A stretch of 64,000 nt of DNA, taken from positions 64,001-128,000 of the IMG/VR virus record IMGVR_UViG_3300028048_000040; one strand, 5' to 3'. A program made the position numbers and the translations under genes. Each line of letters opens with the position of its first letter. Within the stretch, counting starts at the first letter, position 1. This document shows, in pieces, positions 30,671-41,458 of the stretch. The stretch is from a virus (Duplodnaviria; Caudoviricetes). The notes under the pieces are model-generated. The model saw nothing but the letters and a program-made list of their open reading frames with translations. It was not told where the DNA came from and ran no database searches.

Positions 30671-32302
30671 ATGGATTCTGAAATAGTAAAATATTATCAA
30701 CAAGGGAAAATTACATTTGAAGATGAAAATGATCTTACAGCTCAAGAAAATGTTAGCACTAATTTAAATCAAAATATATCATTGACTACAATTACAGAAA
30801 TTGAAGACTGCTATTCAGGAATAAAACCATATGTTGGATTATCTAAGATCGGAAAATTAGGATCTGGATATAGTTTACAACAAGATTGCAAATTTATTTG
30901 TAGTAAAGATACTAATGAAAAGTATAACATAGGCTCAACAACTAATGGTGGTAGTCTTAGAATACAATTAGCTCCTCAAATACCAGGAAAATCTAGTAAT
31001 AGTATATATATTGAAAAAGGGACTTCATTTTCAATTTCGTTTAATTTTTTATATGATATTGACGATAATTTCAAAGGCGTAATAGAGATATTAAATGTAT
31101 TAGAAACTGGAACGACAGATTCAAAAATACAAGAAATTATAAATAAATATTCAGATGTATTAGAAAATGGCGTTTTTTGGATTGCAATGCAAGATAATGC
31201 ACTCTATTTATTTATTGATTTAAAATTTTATAAAAGTGTTTTAGAGAATTATTTAGATGAAACTTTTGAAGATAAAGCTCATCTATCTAGTATTTTTGTT
31301 TTTAAGTTAATAGATGATTGTTCAACCAATTTTAAAAAGGGTATAAATCATAATATAAAAATAGAAAAAACGCTTATAGAAAATGGTGGTTTTTTCACAA
31401 TAACAGTAGACAACGATATCAAATTAAAACTAAAAAATCTCTTCAGCTGTGTAGGTTTTTTTAATAGTGATAAGATTTCTTTTTTGACAAATAGTGTTTT
31501 AGAGAGACATATTTTCCCACAGCCTACTAACCCTAATAATAGTATGTATCAAAGCTCCCAATGTTTAAATGCTTGGTTAGAAGACAATAAAGTCATTGGT
31601 ACAGCAGAATATATTGGATATTATGCTTACTCAACACATCCTTTATATTTATCGAATCTTGTGAATAATGGTACTGATAGCGATCCAATATTTGAATATG
31701 GATCTTATCGTTTTAGACACGATTATCATAATTATAAAGATCATATTACGGGTATGAATGAACTAAATGAGTTTATAAATACCAACAAACCATTATATGA
31801 ATCTTCATCATACATTGATAATATTGAATATAACCATATTTTTTATGTAACATTACAACATTACAATTTTTATAAAGATTTTCTTAATCAAATATCCATT
31901 CAAGTAAAAGAAAACACAGAAGATTTTGAAGAAATCATGCTCAATCCAATCACAATTCAAGTTAAAGAAGATATTTCTAAAGATCTACTCAATCCAATAG
32001 ATATTACTATACCTAAAGCACTTACTCCAGTAGATCCATTTGAGATCACAGTAGAAGCTGCAAATCCATTCAAACCTATAGAAGAGATAGAGGAGTATAT
32101 CAATAAGACTTATCTAGGAACTCAACAAGCAGCAGAAGATTTCCAGCTACTATATAAAGTAACTGAGTATTCCTATTGGCCAGTAGATTTTAGTATAGAC
32201 AACAACTATCATATTCATATTAAGAAGAGTGAAGTATATTTAGGAGCTACATTGTATGCTTGTACGAATAAACAGTTCTTGTATGGTAAATATGTGATAT
32301 AA
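30671..32302 (+). CDS. Putative virion/tail protein with a variable beta-sandwich head and short beta repeats
   Basis: ORF; D(L/F)LN.I.I.V repeats near the C-terminus. Confidence 0.6.
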   Translation: MDSEIVKYYQQGKITFEDENDLTAQENVSTNLNQNISLTTITEIEDCYSGIKPYVGLSKIGKLGSGYSLQQDCKFICSKDTNEKYNIGSTTNGGSLRIQLAPQIPGKSSNSIYIEKGTSFSISFNFLYDIDDNFKGVIEILNVLETGTTDSKIQEIINKYSDVLENGVFWIAMQDNALYLFIDLKFYKSVLENYLDETFEDKAHLSSIFVFKLIDDCSTNFKKGINHNIKIEKTLIENGGFFTITVDNDIKLKLKNLFSCVGFFNSDKISFLTNSVLERHIFPQPTNPNNSMYQSSQCLNAWLEDNKVIGTAEYIGYYAYSTHPLYLSNLVNNGTDSDPIFEYGSYRFRHDYHNYKDHITGMNELNEFINTNKPLYESSSYIDNIEYNHIFYVTLQHYNFYKDFLNQISIQVKENTEDFEEIMLNPITIQVKEDISKDLLNPIDITIPKALTPVDPFEITVEAANPFKPIEEIEEYINKTYLGTQQAAEDFQLLYKVTEYSYWPVDFSIDNNYHIHIKKSEVYLGATLYACTNKQFLYGKYVI

Positions 32303-32314
32303 GGAGGTGAGATA

Positions 32315-35098
32315 ATGGCATCTGTATTTGAATGGTTTGAAATAACAAATGTTACTTTTGATAAAATAGGCACTTTAGAATTTACAGAGAATGCTGAACA
32401 AATATATCCTATACAACGACCAGATATAGGTTTTTGGAGATTTATTTCATCTCACGATTCATTAACCAAATCAGATATAGAACAAATGGCTATTATTAAT
32501 TCTAGTAATAATCTAGAATTGAAATTTATAGATAAACCTAAAACAAGTTCTCTTACTAATAATAGTGGATTAGGTTTGATACTAAATTATTTTTCTGGAC
32601 AACAATATGCTTGGAATTGGCATGTATTAGAATCATTATCTCATACTTATAAATACGAATTTACATTTAAAAGACCAGATAATGATGCTTTAATATTTAC
32701 TTTTGGACCATCAGCATTTGATAGCAAAAATTCAAATTATGGATATCAAATTACTGCATTAACATTGTATTTCAAAAACAATAGATTTTATCTATATTTA
32801 GCTCAAACTAGAACAGATCTTGGTGGTGTAACACCACCATATGTATTTATTAGTCAAATAAATAATTCAGACGTAAGTGCTGGAACTTATCATACGTTTA
32901 GATTAGAACAAAATTATCCTTTTGGTGGAACAGACATAACAGTTTATTTTGATGATGTAAAAGTAATTTCACTTATAGCAGAAGATTCTGATGGGCCTGG
33001 AAATCCTGATAAATATAACTACAAACTAAATGGTGATAAAGCTAATCCAATATATTATTATGACCGTTGGTCTAAAACTATTAAAAGTGAAAATGACAAT
33101 GATAGCACTACTGTATTTCCATTTTTTTATTGGGGAACATCCCCATACTCTTTATCATGGTATTCTGCTAATACTTGGAATTATAATGATTGGGGATATA
33201 CGTTAAGTTTAAATGTAAATGTAATGGATACAATTGGAGATGCATCATCTCCAAGAAGAACAGATTATATATCATATATTAAAGATCCATTACCTGCTCA
33301 AAATAATTTAAATTTATCATTTCCATTAAATCCTGGAAATAAAATAGAACTTAAAAATATAAAAATTTCTGCCAAAATTTTAAAAACTGATTTTGAGTAT
33401 AATTTTCCAATATCTATAGATGTAAAAAATACAGAAGAGTTTACTAAAGATCTATTCCCAATAAATATTGAAGTTCCATTAAATGAATATAAAGAAGATT
33501 TATTCACAATCACAGTTCCAGTAAAAGATGATTTCTCAGCTTCTTTATTAGATCCTATAAATATAGAAGTTCAATTAGATAAATCAGAAACAGATTTATT
33601 CAATATAACGCTAGATGTAGATGCACCAGTATATCAATTAGAACTAGGACCAGAATTTGTATCTGGGTGGGATGATAGAAAATACTTAGTATTTAGAAAT
33701 GGTCATCTACTTCCTAAACAGACTTACAATATCATCATTCCTTCTCACCACAATAATTATCTTAAGAAGATTTTGTATTCAACTGTAGGATTTAGTAAAG
33801 GAGATAGAATAGAAGTATTCTATATAGAGAATCAAGAGAATTTTGCTAATGTTCCTTTTAATAGAGAAACTAGGGTTGCTAGTTATATTTACTATGCTAA
33901 GTCTAATAATCAAAAGCTTATTAAGATTCCATATCCTAATTCTTCTTATAGAAGATCTAAAGACTCATTCTATCTATTCAATGATAAAGGAGAACATCTA
34001 GACTGTAGATTTGACTATACTGTATCTGCAGATGGAAGATATGTTACTCTTGCAGATCATGCTAAATTGAAAGTGATGATGTTAGACTATGTAGTATTTA
34101 CATTCTGCTATATTCAAAATAGATCTATTGATGGTCAAGAACAAGAAACAGATATGTTCGATACAGTAAATCTAGCAGAGATAGAATATGAGTATTCTTA
34201 TTCAGTAGAGAATATAGATGATACTAGTGGAACTGTAGTATTCTCTCCACCATTTGATAAATGGACAAATAATACTAAAGAGAACTTTATGCTATTCGGA
34301 AACTCTGTATATATAGATCCAGAGAGATATGAGATTATAGATAACTCTACTATACAGTTTGTAGATCCTGAAGAAGCTGAAGTAGCAAATTCTAGAAGAT
34401 ATACAATGTGTATTCCAGTTCATCAAACTAAATTAGCTCTTAGTGCAGATACTCAAATACATTATGAGGTTGTAAGAGTAATTGCTACTAAAGATAAGCA
34501 GTCTGTATTTACTCTAGAGCTTCCTGATAATAGTACTTATTGGTATCCATTCCTACTATTCAAAGGATCTATACTCTTAGACGTATATGATCAATATGAA
34601 TTTGAAGATACTACTGGTATATTAACTATAACAGATCCTGAATGCTATGTATCTGAAGGAAGAGCTTTAACTATAGTATATCTAAATAAATCATACACTG
34701 ATATCAAGAAAGAGATTAAGTATGTTAAGATGGAATTTAATGTAACTCCTACTGGAATGACAGAGATTCCTCTATATCTATATAGGAATAAAGATATTAA
34801 ATTCAATAGCTCAAATCTACTATTATTTGTCAATGGAGTATTCATAGAACCAGAAAGATATACAATCGAACCAGATAACTGGATTAAGTTTAATTCTATT
34901 CCAGAAATTGCTGGATATGATGAACCTTATGAAGATAAATCTTTCACTGGTATATATATAATGGCCTATGAAGATCCAGATTCAAATTCAGATGGATTTG
35001 ATGATTTATATGGTCAGAAAGAAGTAGATCCTTCTGAAGATAATGATAAGACTAGATTTGATGAGCTATATTCTAGAGTAGAAAGAAAGCCTGAATAA
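32315..35098 (+). CDS. Putative virion/tail protein: ConA-like head, beta repeats, repeated Ig-like body
   Basis: GTYHTFRLEQ...VYFDD; LLFKGS and FVNGVFIEPERY repeats shared with 27202-30591. Confidence 0.65.
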   Translation: MASVFEWFEITNVTFDKIGTLEFTENAEQIYPIQRPDIGFWRFISSHDSLTKSDIEQMAIINSSNNLELKFIDKPKTSSLTNNSGLGLILNYFSGQQYAWNWHVLESLSHTYKYEFTFKRPDNDALIFTFGPSAFDSKNSNYGYQITALTLYFKNNRFYLYLAQTRTDLGGVTPPYVFISQINNSDVSAGTYHTFRLEQNYPFGGTDITVYFDDVKVISLIAEDSDGPGNPDKYNYKLNGDKANPIYYYDRWSKTIKSENDNDSTTVFPFFYWGTSPYSLSWYSANTWNYNDWGYTLSLNVNVMDTIGDASSPRRTDYISYIKDPLPAQNNLNLSFPLNPGNKIELKNIKISAKILKTDFEYNFPISIDVKNTEEFTKDLFPINIEVPLNEYKEDLFTITVPVKDDFSASLLDPINIEVQLDKSETDLFNITLDVDAPVYQLELGPEFVSGWDDRKYLVFRNGHLLPKQTYNIIIPSHHNNYLKKILYSTVGFSKGDRIEVFYIENQENFANVPFNRETRVASYIYYAKSNNQKLIKIPYPNSSYRRSKDSFYLFNDKGEHLDCRFDYTVSADGRYVTLADHAKLKVMMLDYVVFTFCYIQNRSIDGQEQETDMFDTVNLAEIEYEYSYSVENIDDTSGTVVFSPPFDKWTNNTKENFMLFGNSVYIDPERYEIIDNSTIQFVDPEEAEVANSRRYTMCIPVHQTKLALSADTQIHYEVVRVIATKDKQSVFTLELPDNSTYWYPFLLFKGSILLDVYDQYEFEDTTGILTITDPECYVSEGRALTIVYLNKSYTDIKKEIKYVKMEFNVTPTGMTEIPLYLYRNKDIKFNSSNLLLFVNGVFIEPERYTIEPDNWIKFNSIPEIAGYDEPYEDKSFTGIYIMAYEDPDSNSDGFDDLYGQKEVDPSEDNDKTRFDELYSRVERKPE

Positions 35099-35116
35099 AG
35101 GAGGTGAATCTTATAA

Positions 35117-37051
35117 ATGGATGCTAAAGAAGATTTATTTGGTTGGTTTGATGTGAAAAGTTATGATGGCTCTTCTGATTTGAATGCTAGTTTAAATGTA
35201 GCTGCTGTTTCTGGCAAAGATATTTCTGGTACTTTAAAAGTAGCAATATATCACACAAAAACTGATCTTAATGGTAGTATTAATATTAATACCACCACTC
35301 CAGAACCTGCAGAATTAGAAGGTTCTATGGAAGTAAGTGAACGAGCTTATCTACCAGGAACTATCAATATCATAGGAAATATTAGAGAAGAATTATTAAC
35401 TAAAGTAATAGTTCCTTTGCCAAATGAAGATCTAAATGGTACTGTAACTATAAGGTGCAATACTACAAAAGATATCAATATCACAATGACAGTTCCTCAT
35501 CTAGAAATGGATATACCAGGATCTATAGTCATTGAGAGAGACGATACATATGATATTCCTATCAATGTAAGAGTACCAGAGAACGTCAAACCAGCTGCAT
35601 ATGAACCAATAGTAGGTAGTCTTATTATAAAGATACCATTCCCATACACTCAGTTTACTGATACAGAATTCTTCTTAACAGAATCTAAAACTAATCTATT
35701 TATTCCTCAGAGATATTATGAGAGATATGATGAGTATCATTTGCTCCTTTCTGATGAATTAGGATTGCAAGAAGATGATGAAATAAGATTCACTTTCTGT
35801 CACAATGATGCTAAGTTCCATATACAAAAGATGGAATTTTATTTTAAAGCAAATGGTAATGCTTCTTATTACTATCTAGATCTAATTATTCCATACAAGA
35901 AGAGAATAGAAAACACTAATTTAGCGTTAAAAGTCTTTGTCAATAGAAGAGAAATAGTTCTAAACAAAGATTATATGATAGATAACGAAACTGGTATATT
36001 AGAATTCATTAATGATGATCTAGCTCAATCACCAAATGATAGAATAGATATCTTATGTTTCTATACTGGTATAGATGATACTGCTGTAGCAGATCTTCCT
36101 ATGAGTGGTTATATCTATTTAAAGAGAAATATGATAGATAGAAATTACAATAATAATCTAATGGCCACATTTATAAATGGTAAACTGATTCCTAGAGATA
36201 AGATACTTCATATCTCTAATAATATCTATAAGATCAAAGAAGATATCAAAACAAGACATGACCTGCAGATCCTTAATATGAGTAATCGTATAGATTGTAT
36301 GGTTCCATTCTATAAACAAGCCACTCAATATCCTCCACTTGATAAGTATTCTTTCTATCCTCCAAGTGTAAATATATATGATGAAGATATCAAATATATG
36401 GAAGCTGTTATGCCTATAACTATTACAGTTCCCGAATTAGAAACATTTGGAAGACAGAAGATAACTATATATCAAAATCCAGTATATTTCTCTCCAGAAT
36501 TCTTATTAGAGAATAAGGATAAATATATTTCGTTCATTCATCATGCTTCTTCTGAAGATATTCAATATGAACTATTATTCTATGAGAATGATACTATAAC
36601 ATATCCTACAAACAAAATGAAAGTTACACTAGAACTTCATATTAAGACACCATTTGAAGAGACTAAAGAAGAATCAAGATCCACTATCCTATTACTAACT
36701 TTCCCATATAGAATTACTGCTATATATGAAGATTATTGCTATGCTTGTCTGCAAATCAAACAGATTATCAATCTAGATATATGGAATAATAATTTCCTAG
36801 AATCTTGTGATGGAATCACTCTAAGAATAGAACCAAATAGAACTTATCAAGATCAACCTTCTGAAGTATATTTCCATATGTGGTGTAATAAATTTGAAAA
36901 TTTCGAGAATGAACAAATAACCGTATTTGAGTATAGAATAACTGACAAATATGATGGTCTTGGCAATATTTCTTATAGTAAATTCTTATCCTTCAATCCA
37001 GAAGAAACTGTAAAGGATGCTATAAGAGCAGAAGAAAATAACAAAGTATAA
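35117..37051 (+). CDS. Putative virion structural protein
   Basis: N-terminal DL.G(S/T)(I/V).(I/V) repeats; IKIPFP and FING motifs as in neighbouring genes. Confidence 0.6.
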   Translation: MDAKEDLFGWFDVKSYDGSSDLNASLNVAAVSGKDISGTLKVAIYHTKTDLNGSININTTTPEPAELEGSMEVSERAYLPGTINIIGNIREELLTKVIVPLPNEDLNGTVTIRCNTTKDINITMTVPHLEMDIPGSIVIERDDTYDIPINVRVPENVKPAAYEPIVGSLIIKIPFPYTQFTDTEFFLTESKTNLFIPQRYYERYDEYHLLLSDELGLQEDDEIRFTFCHNDAKFHIQKMEFYFKANGNASYYYLDLIIPYKKRIENTNLALKVFVNRREIVLNKDYMIDNETGILEFINDDLAQSPNDRIDILCFYTGIDDTAVADLPMSGYIYLKRNMIDRNYNNNLMATFINGKLIPRDKILHISNNIYKIKEDIKTRHDLQILNMSNRIDCMVPFYKQATQYPPLDKYSFYPPSVNIYDEDIKYMEAVMPITITVPELETFGRQKITIYQNPVYFSPEFLLENKDKYISFIHHASSEDIQYELLFYENDTITYPTNKMKVTLELHIKTPFEETKEESRSTILLLTFPYRITAIYEDYCYACLQIKQIINLDIWNNNFLESCDGITLRIEPNRTYQDQPSEVYFHMWCNKFENFENEQITVFEYRITDKYDGLGNISYSKFLSFNPEETVKDAIRAEENNKV

Positions 37052-37068
37052 CAGAGGGGGTGTTTTAA

Positions 37069-37461
37069 ATGGCTAAACCTGTAGTAGACCCAGATACTGG
37101 TGTCATAAATTTCCCTAATATTGTTTTCAACAATACAAATTGTTTCATGAGAAATTTATCTAAGTCTCTTTCTGATATGCAAGAAATAGGTTCTAAAAAT
37201 ATACCATTTAAAATGATGGTAATTGGTACCAACTCTGCTATCAATTTAAATATCAAACCAACTACAGATGATCCAAATTATTCTAATATAGAATTAAAGA
37301 ATGCAGCAGAAGATCCAACTTATACAATGAGTGGATATGAAAGAAAAGAAGATACTTATCTAAATTCTACTGTGTATCTTATGCTTCAAAATGGTTGGAC
37401 TGAAAATAGAATCTATGATTCTCAGAATAATATTATGTGTTCTCTCTTGTTAGGTGGTTGA
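37069..37461 (+). CDS. Hypothetical structural-operon protein
   Basis: ORF with RBS. Confidence 0.7.
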   Translation: MAKPVVDPDTGVINFPNIVFNNTNCFMRNLSKSLSDMQEIGSKNIPFKMMVIGTNSAINLNIKPTTDDPNYSNIELKNAAEDPTYTMSGYERKEDTYLNSTVYLMLQNGWTENRIYDSQNNIMCSLLLGG

Positions 37462-37467
37462 TAGTAT

Positions 37468-38406
37468 ATGCAATCTCCTAGAAAATATTATAGTGCTTTA
37501 ACATTCAAAGATGATCCCAATCCAATTATAGATGTTAGACCTACAAATGAATGGGACGTTCATGGTACATGTGACTTTACTCATCAATCTCAATTTAGAG
37601 ATCTAAAGAGCTTTACTTGTTTCACTTATACATTAAACTCTGAAGGCTATATAGATTCTTCTAATCTAGAAACATCAGATACTGGAGAATATTGTCTATC
37701 ATTCTGGTTTAAAGCAGAGAAAGAAATATTTAATGTATATTATCATCTTAATCTAATGAAAGCTGCTCCATTAATTTCATGGGATAATGGATATATAACA
37801 GCATATGATGTTCTTAATGGTCTAATACCAGAAACCAGCACATATGCTATTACTATTCAAGATAATGATGATTATATTCAATTACCGTATCCTTTAGAAG
37901 ATCATATGGGAGAATGGATTCATTTTATGATAAATAAAGATGGTAATGGATATACCAGAGTCTTTATAAATGGTATTAAGTATTTAGAAACTCCAAAATT
38001 TGATTTTGGTGGAAACTTTGATAATGTTAAAATAGGAAATACAGATACTACTGGTATATCTTATCCATCTGATATTGATATTAGTATAGACGAGATAGTA
38101 TTTTGTAATTCTTGTATGACTTTAGATCATTTCTTTCCTTATCCTAAATACTTATATGGGTTCTATCCTCCAGTAGAAATAAAAGAAGTTAATACAAGAA
38201 ATCTTCCATGTGGTCATACTAAATATGATAATGTGAATGATGCTGTTCTTATAACTAGACCAATATATTATCATCCTCCTCTTGGATGGGAAGATGATAT
38301 GATTACTAAATATAGATTTGATAGAGAAGAACCATTTGCTACATCATATTTTGATAAATGGATGGGTAATAGAACTCGTCCTGGACATGAGTATAAGAAA
38401 AAATAA
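37468..38406 (+). CDS. LamG/ConA-like domain protein
   Basis: YCLSFWFK...GEWIHFMI...VFING...IDEIVF. Confidence 0.75.
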   Translation: MQSPRKYYSALTFKDDPNPIIDVRPTNEWDVHGTCDFTHQSQFRDLKSFTCFTYTLNSEGYIDSSNLETSDTGEYCLSFWFKAEKEIFNVYYHLNLMKAAPLISWDNGYITAYDVLNGLIPETSTYAITIQDNDDYIQLPYPLEDHMGEWIHFMINKDGNGYTRVFINGIKYLETPKFDFGGNFDNVKIGNTDTTGISYPSDIDISIDEIVFCNSCMTLDHFFPYPKYLYGFYPPVEIKEVNTRNLPCGHTKYDNVNDAVLITRPIYYHPPLGWEDDMITKYRFDREEPFATSYFDKWMGNRTRPGHEYKKK

Positions 38407-38470
38407 CTAGATAAGAGTACGTGTATCACGTACTCTTATTTTATTGATATAGAAAGAAGAGTGAGAGAGC

Positions 38471-40090
38471 ATGAATTATAATTATGAAGGAAAGGTAACA
38501 TGGCATGATTTATCTCGTCCTATTCAAGAACTATTAAAAGGATATCAAGATAAGATAAACAATGTTGCTAAATCTGTAGAAGATCTTAAAGCTTATATGG
38601 AAGATAAGCTTAATAATGAGATTAATAAGCTTAAAGATGATCAAGCTAATCTAGAAGGTTTATTGGAACAAGAAAAACAAGAACGTATGACTAAAGACCA
38701 AGAATTAGAAGATTTAATATCTCAATTTGCTAGTTCTAATCTAGGTCTAGAAGGTGCTAAAGGTCAAGTAGTAAGAACCAATGCTACTGGTAAACCATTA
38801 TATGCAGATGATCATTTCTTTGTATTAAGGGCAACAGCTTCTGATGAAGGTGTAGGAGTTTTAAAAGGAATAACTCCTATTACATTAGAAGATGTATTTA
38901 ATAATTGGGAACGTAATGCGTATATGGCAGATAAAGGAGCAGGTTCTGGTGGTACTAATGATACTGCTAGTGCTAAAAGTAAATGGAGCTATGATGCTGG
39001 AGTAAAAGGTATAAGAAATAATGGTAACTGGAATGCTGTTGGCTCATTTGGTTCTGTTTTAAAATACGATAATTTTTGGATTAAGATGTCTATGAATTCT
39101 ATGACTGGCAATGATGATGACGTTATTGGCTTCTATCCAGCATATGTATCAGCAGAAGATTCTCCCGATGGTCAAATTCATAATATTGCTGCTATTAGAA
39201 TTGGTAATATTGCCCATCAATGGAATTATTATCCAGGAAACTTTGTATTAGTATATGACTTTGGTTTGAGTACTGAAATTGTATTAGCATATGTAGATAG
39301 AACTATTATGCCAGATACTATGTGGAAATCTAATTATTATACTTCTCTTTATGTATATCGTAAAGGTGGTACTATTAAAGCATGGTCTAATAATCCTCAA
39401 ACTAATAGAACTCAAACGTATTTAGAAGATCCTGGAGAATATATAGAATGGTCCCTTCCTAAAACTAATCCTGGTTGGAGTACAGCTTCCTATGACATTA
39501 TGAAACAAATGCTTGATGGTATTTGTAAAGTAGGTTTTATGACTTGCTCTAATGATTGTCGTTTTTATTTAGATGATCAAAAACACTTATTTGAAGATCC
39601 TACAATATATGATATCAATAAAGGTGTCATATATGAATATGATATGGAAAATGGTGTTTATAAAGCAGCTGCCGATATGGGAGAAGAAGAAATACCATGG
39701 AGATCATTGCTATATAACCCATTAACTGAAGAACTATTCTGGTATAAATATCCTGGAGACTATACTAAAGTAAAAATAGGTGGTGGTAGTTCAAGCTCTG
39801 GATCATCTAATGGTGGAGTAGGATTCCCTGATTGGAATAATCAAACAACTATGACACATAATGTTGAAAATACTATTGATGAAAATGGTTGGATACTTTG
39901 GATAAATAGATTGACTACTAATACTAATGGAAATTTATATATTAATGGTACGCAGGTTACATTTTTAGCAAATCAAGCAACAAATATGTATACTTCTGAA
40001 TCAACAGTATTTGTTCCAGTAAAAGTTGGAGATGTGGTAAGATCAGTAGGACAATCTCCAACAACATTTATATTTATGCCATTTATATAA
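38471..40090 (+). CDS. Tail fibre / receptor-binding protein, K(I/V)TW..L.P family
   Basis: Shared N-terminal motif plus coiled coil; central domain shared with 52859-54898. Confidence 0.65.
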   Translation: MNYNYEGKVTWHDLSRPIQELLKGYQDKINNVAKSVEDLKAYMEDKLNNEINKLKDDQANLEGLLEQEKQERMTKDQELEDLISQFASSNLGLEGAKGQVVRTNATGKPLYADDHFFVLRATASDEGVGVLKGITPITLEDVFNNWERNAYMADKGAGSGGTNDTASAKSKWSYDAGVKGIRNNGNWNAVGSFGSVLKYDNFWIKMSMNSMTGNDDDVIGFYPAYVSAEDSPDGQIHNIAAIRIGNIAHQWNYYPGNFVLVYDFGLSTEIVLAYVDRTIMPDTMWKSNYYTSLYVYRKGGTIKAWSNNPQTNRTQTYLEDPGEYIEWSLPKTNPGWSTASYDIMKQMLDGICKVGFMTCSNDCRFYLDDQKHLFEDPTIYDINKGVIYEYDMENGVYKAAADMGEEEIPWRSLLYNPLTEELFWYKYPGDYTKVKIGGGSSSSGSSNGGVGFPDWNNQTTMTHNVENTIDENGWILWINRLTTNTNGNLYINGTQVTFLANQATNMYTSESTVFVPVKVGDVVRSVGQSPTTFIFMPFI

Positions 40091-40193
40091 AATAAACTCT
40101 AGACCTTTTTGGTCTAGAGTTTATTTTCTTAGTACAGCTAGCACATCTATATAAAGGTATAGGTCTCTTTCTATTATTTTTTTTAAAAGGGAT

Positions 40194-40910
40194 GTGTTTT
40201 ATATGAGTAATACGAATACCTCCGGTGTTGATTTCATCAGCAAAGAAATTGAGAATCTGAAAAAGAAATTAGATGGAACACAATTAAAGCTTTACAATTC
40301 TATGATTGATAATTTAGTCACTTGTTGTAATGCTAAAGCAGGCACTGGAAAAACTACCGTAGCTACCATGGCAGCATTTGATTTGCTGCAAAAAGGAATC
40401 GTTACAAAAATTTATTACGTTCGTTTCCCAGATCAACTTATGCAGTCTCTTGGCGCGCTCCCTGGCGACATAGACGAAAAAGAAGACTATTATTTCCAAC
40501 CATTCTATCAAGCATGTGAAGAAATTGGTTTGGATAGATATCATTTAGAACGAGATTATGTACCTCAAAATACTGTCAATCTTGAAACTATAATTACTAT
40601 GCGTGGTATTAATATTAAGAATGCTGCTGTTATTGTAGATGAAACACAGAATGCTTCTTTTAAAGATCTAAAGCTATTACTTACTAGATTACATGATGAT
40701 TGCCATGTTGCTTTGATTGGTCATACTGCTCAGATTGACAATCATAACTGTGTAAAAGAGAAAGCATTCATTCATTATATTGAGCACTTCTGCAATAACA
40801 AACAATGGGCACAAAGAGTAGATCTAAAAAAGAATTATAGAGGCAAGATCAGTGCATTTGCAGATGCATTGTATTTAGATGATAATGGAAAACCATTCGT
40901 TGTAGAATAA
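40194..40910 (+). CDS. phoH: PhoH-family ATPase
   Basis: AGTGKT, LGALPGDIDEK, MRG, VDETQN, LLTRL. Confidence 0.93.
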   Translation: MFYMSNTNTSGVDFISKEIENLKKKLDGTQLKLYNSMIDNLVTCCNAKAGTGKTTVATMAAFDLLQKGIVTKIYYVRFPDQLMQSLGALPGDIDEKEDYYFQPFYQACEEIGLDRYHLERDYVPQNTVNLETIITMRGINIKNAAVIVDETQNASFKDLKLLLTRLHDDCHVALIGHTAQIDNHNCVKEKAFIHYIEHFCNNKQWAQRVDLKKNYRGKISAFADALYLDDNGKPFVVE

Positions 40911-40955
40911 AAAATGAGGAGTCCTGTAATGGGACTCCTCAATTGTGCTGGCATA

Positions 40956-41270
40956 TTATTTGCCAGTCTTTACATCAGTGATGATGTTGTTTACGATATT
41001 CCAGCTTATAACCTTATGAGAGAGAATGCGACTACGTATCTCCTCATATTCAGATCTGCTGATATCTACTTCAAAAGTGTCAGAAAGAGAAATCACCTTA
41101 TTTCCGAATTTTCCTTTTTTGGGAAGGGCAGGAGTGAATTTGAATTCGATATTCAATCCTTTCTGGTCATAGTTATAACGACCAAGCTTACATGCATACG
41201 CATGTTTTTGGTCTCTTTCAGAATTGAAGGTAACCTGATCAGAAGTGTGGTCATAAGTAATAATAAACAT
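40956..41270 (-). CDS. Hypothetical early protein with the conserved structured leader
   Basis: ORF with AGGAGG RBS, promoter and terminator. Confidence 0.78.
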   Translation of the reverse strand: MFIITYDHTSDQVTFNSERDQKHAYACKLGRYNYDQKGLNIEFKFTPALPKKGKFGNKVISLSDTFEVDISRSEYEEIRSRILSHKVISWNIVNNIITDVKTGK

Positions 41271-41334
41271 GATAAAGTCCTCCTTTATTATTATTATGCT
41301 ATACCTAATCTCTGATATAGCTTCACTTTATCAC
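41268..41334 (-). promoter_or_regulatory. Conserved start-codon-sequestering 5' UTR, copy 3
   Basis: GTGATAAAGT...ACTTTATCATG with inner hairpin GCTATA-TCAGAGATTAGG-TATAGC. Confidence 0.7.
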
Positions 41335-41458
41335 TGCTATAATATACAAATATAAATATTTAAATTTTCAAATAGTTATATACTATATACATGAGTTAAC
41401 GTTAGGAAACATACAATTCTATTCTAAACTCAATTTATTTAAAGGAGGACTATTAATA

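Noticed and set aside
40914-41315. 133-aa plus-strand ORF
   Set aside because: Begins inside a terminator; the minus-strand ORF has the RBS, leader motif and promoter.
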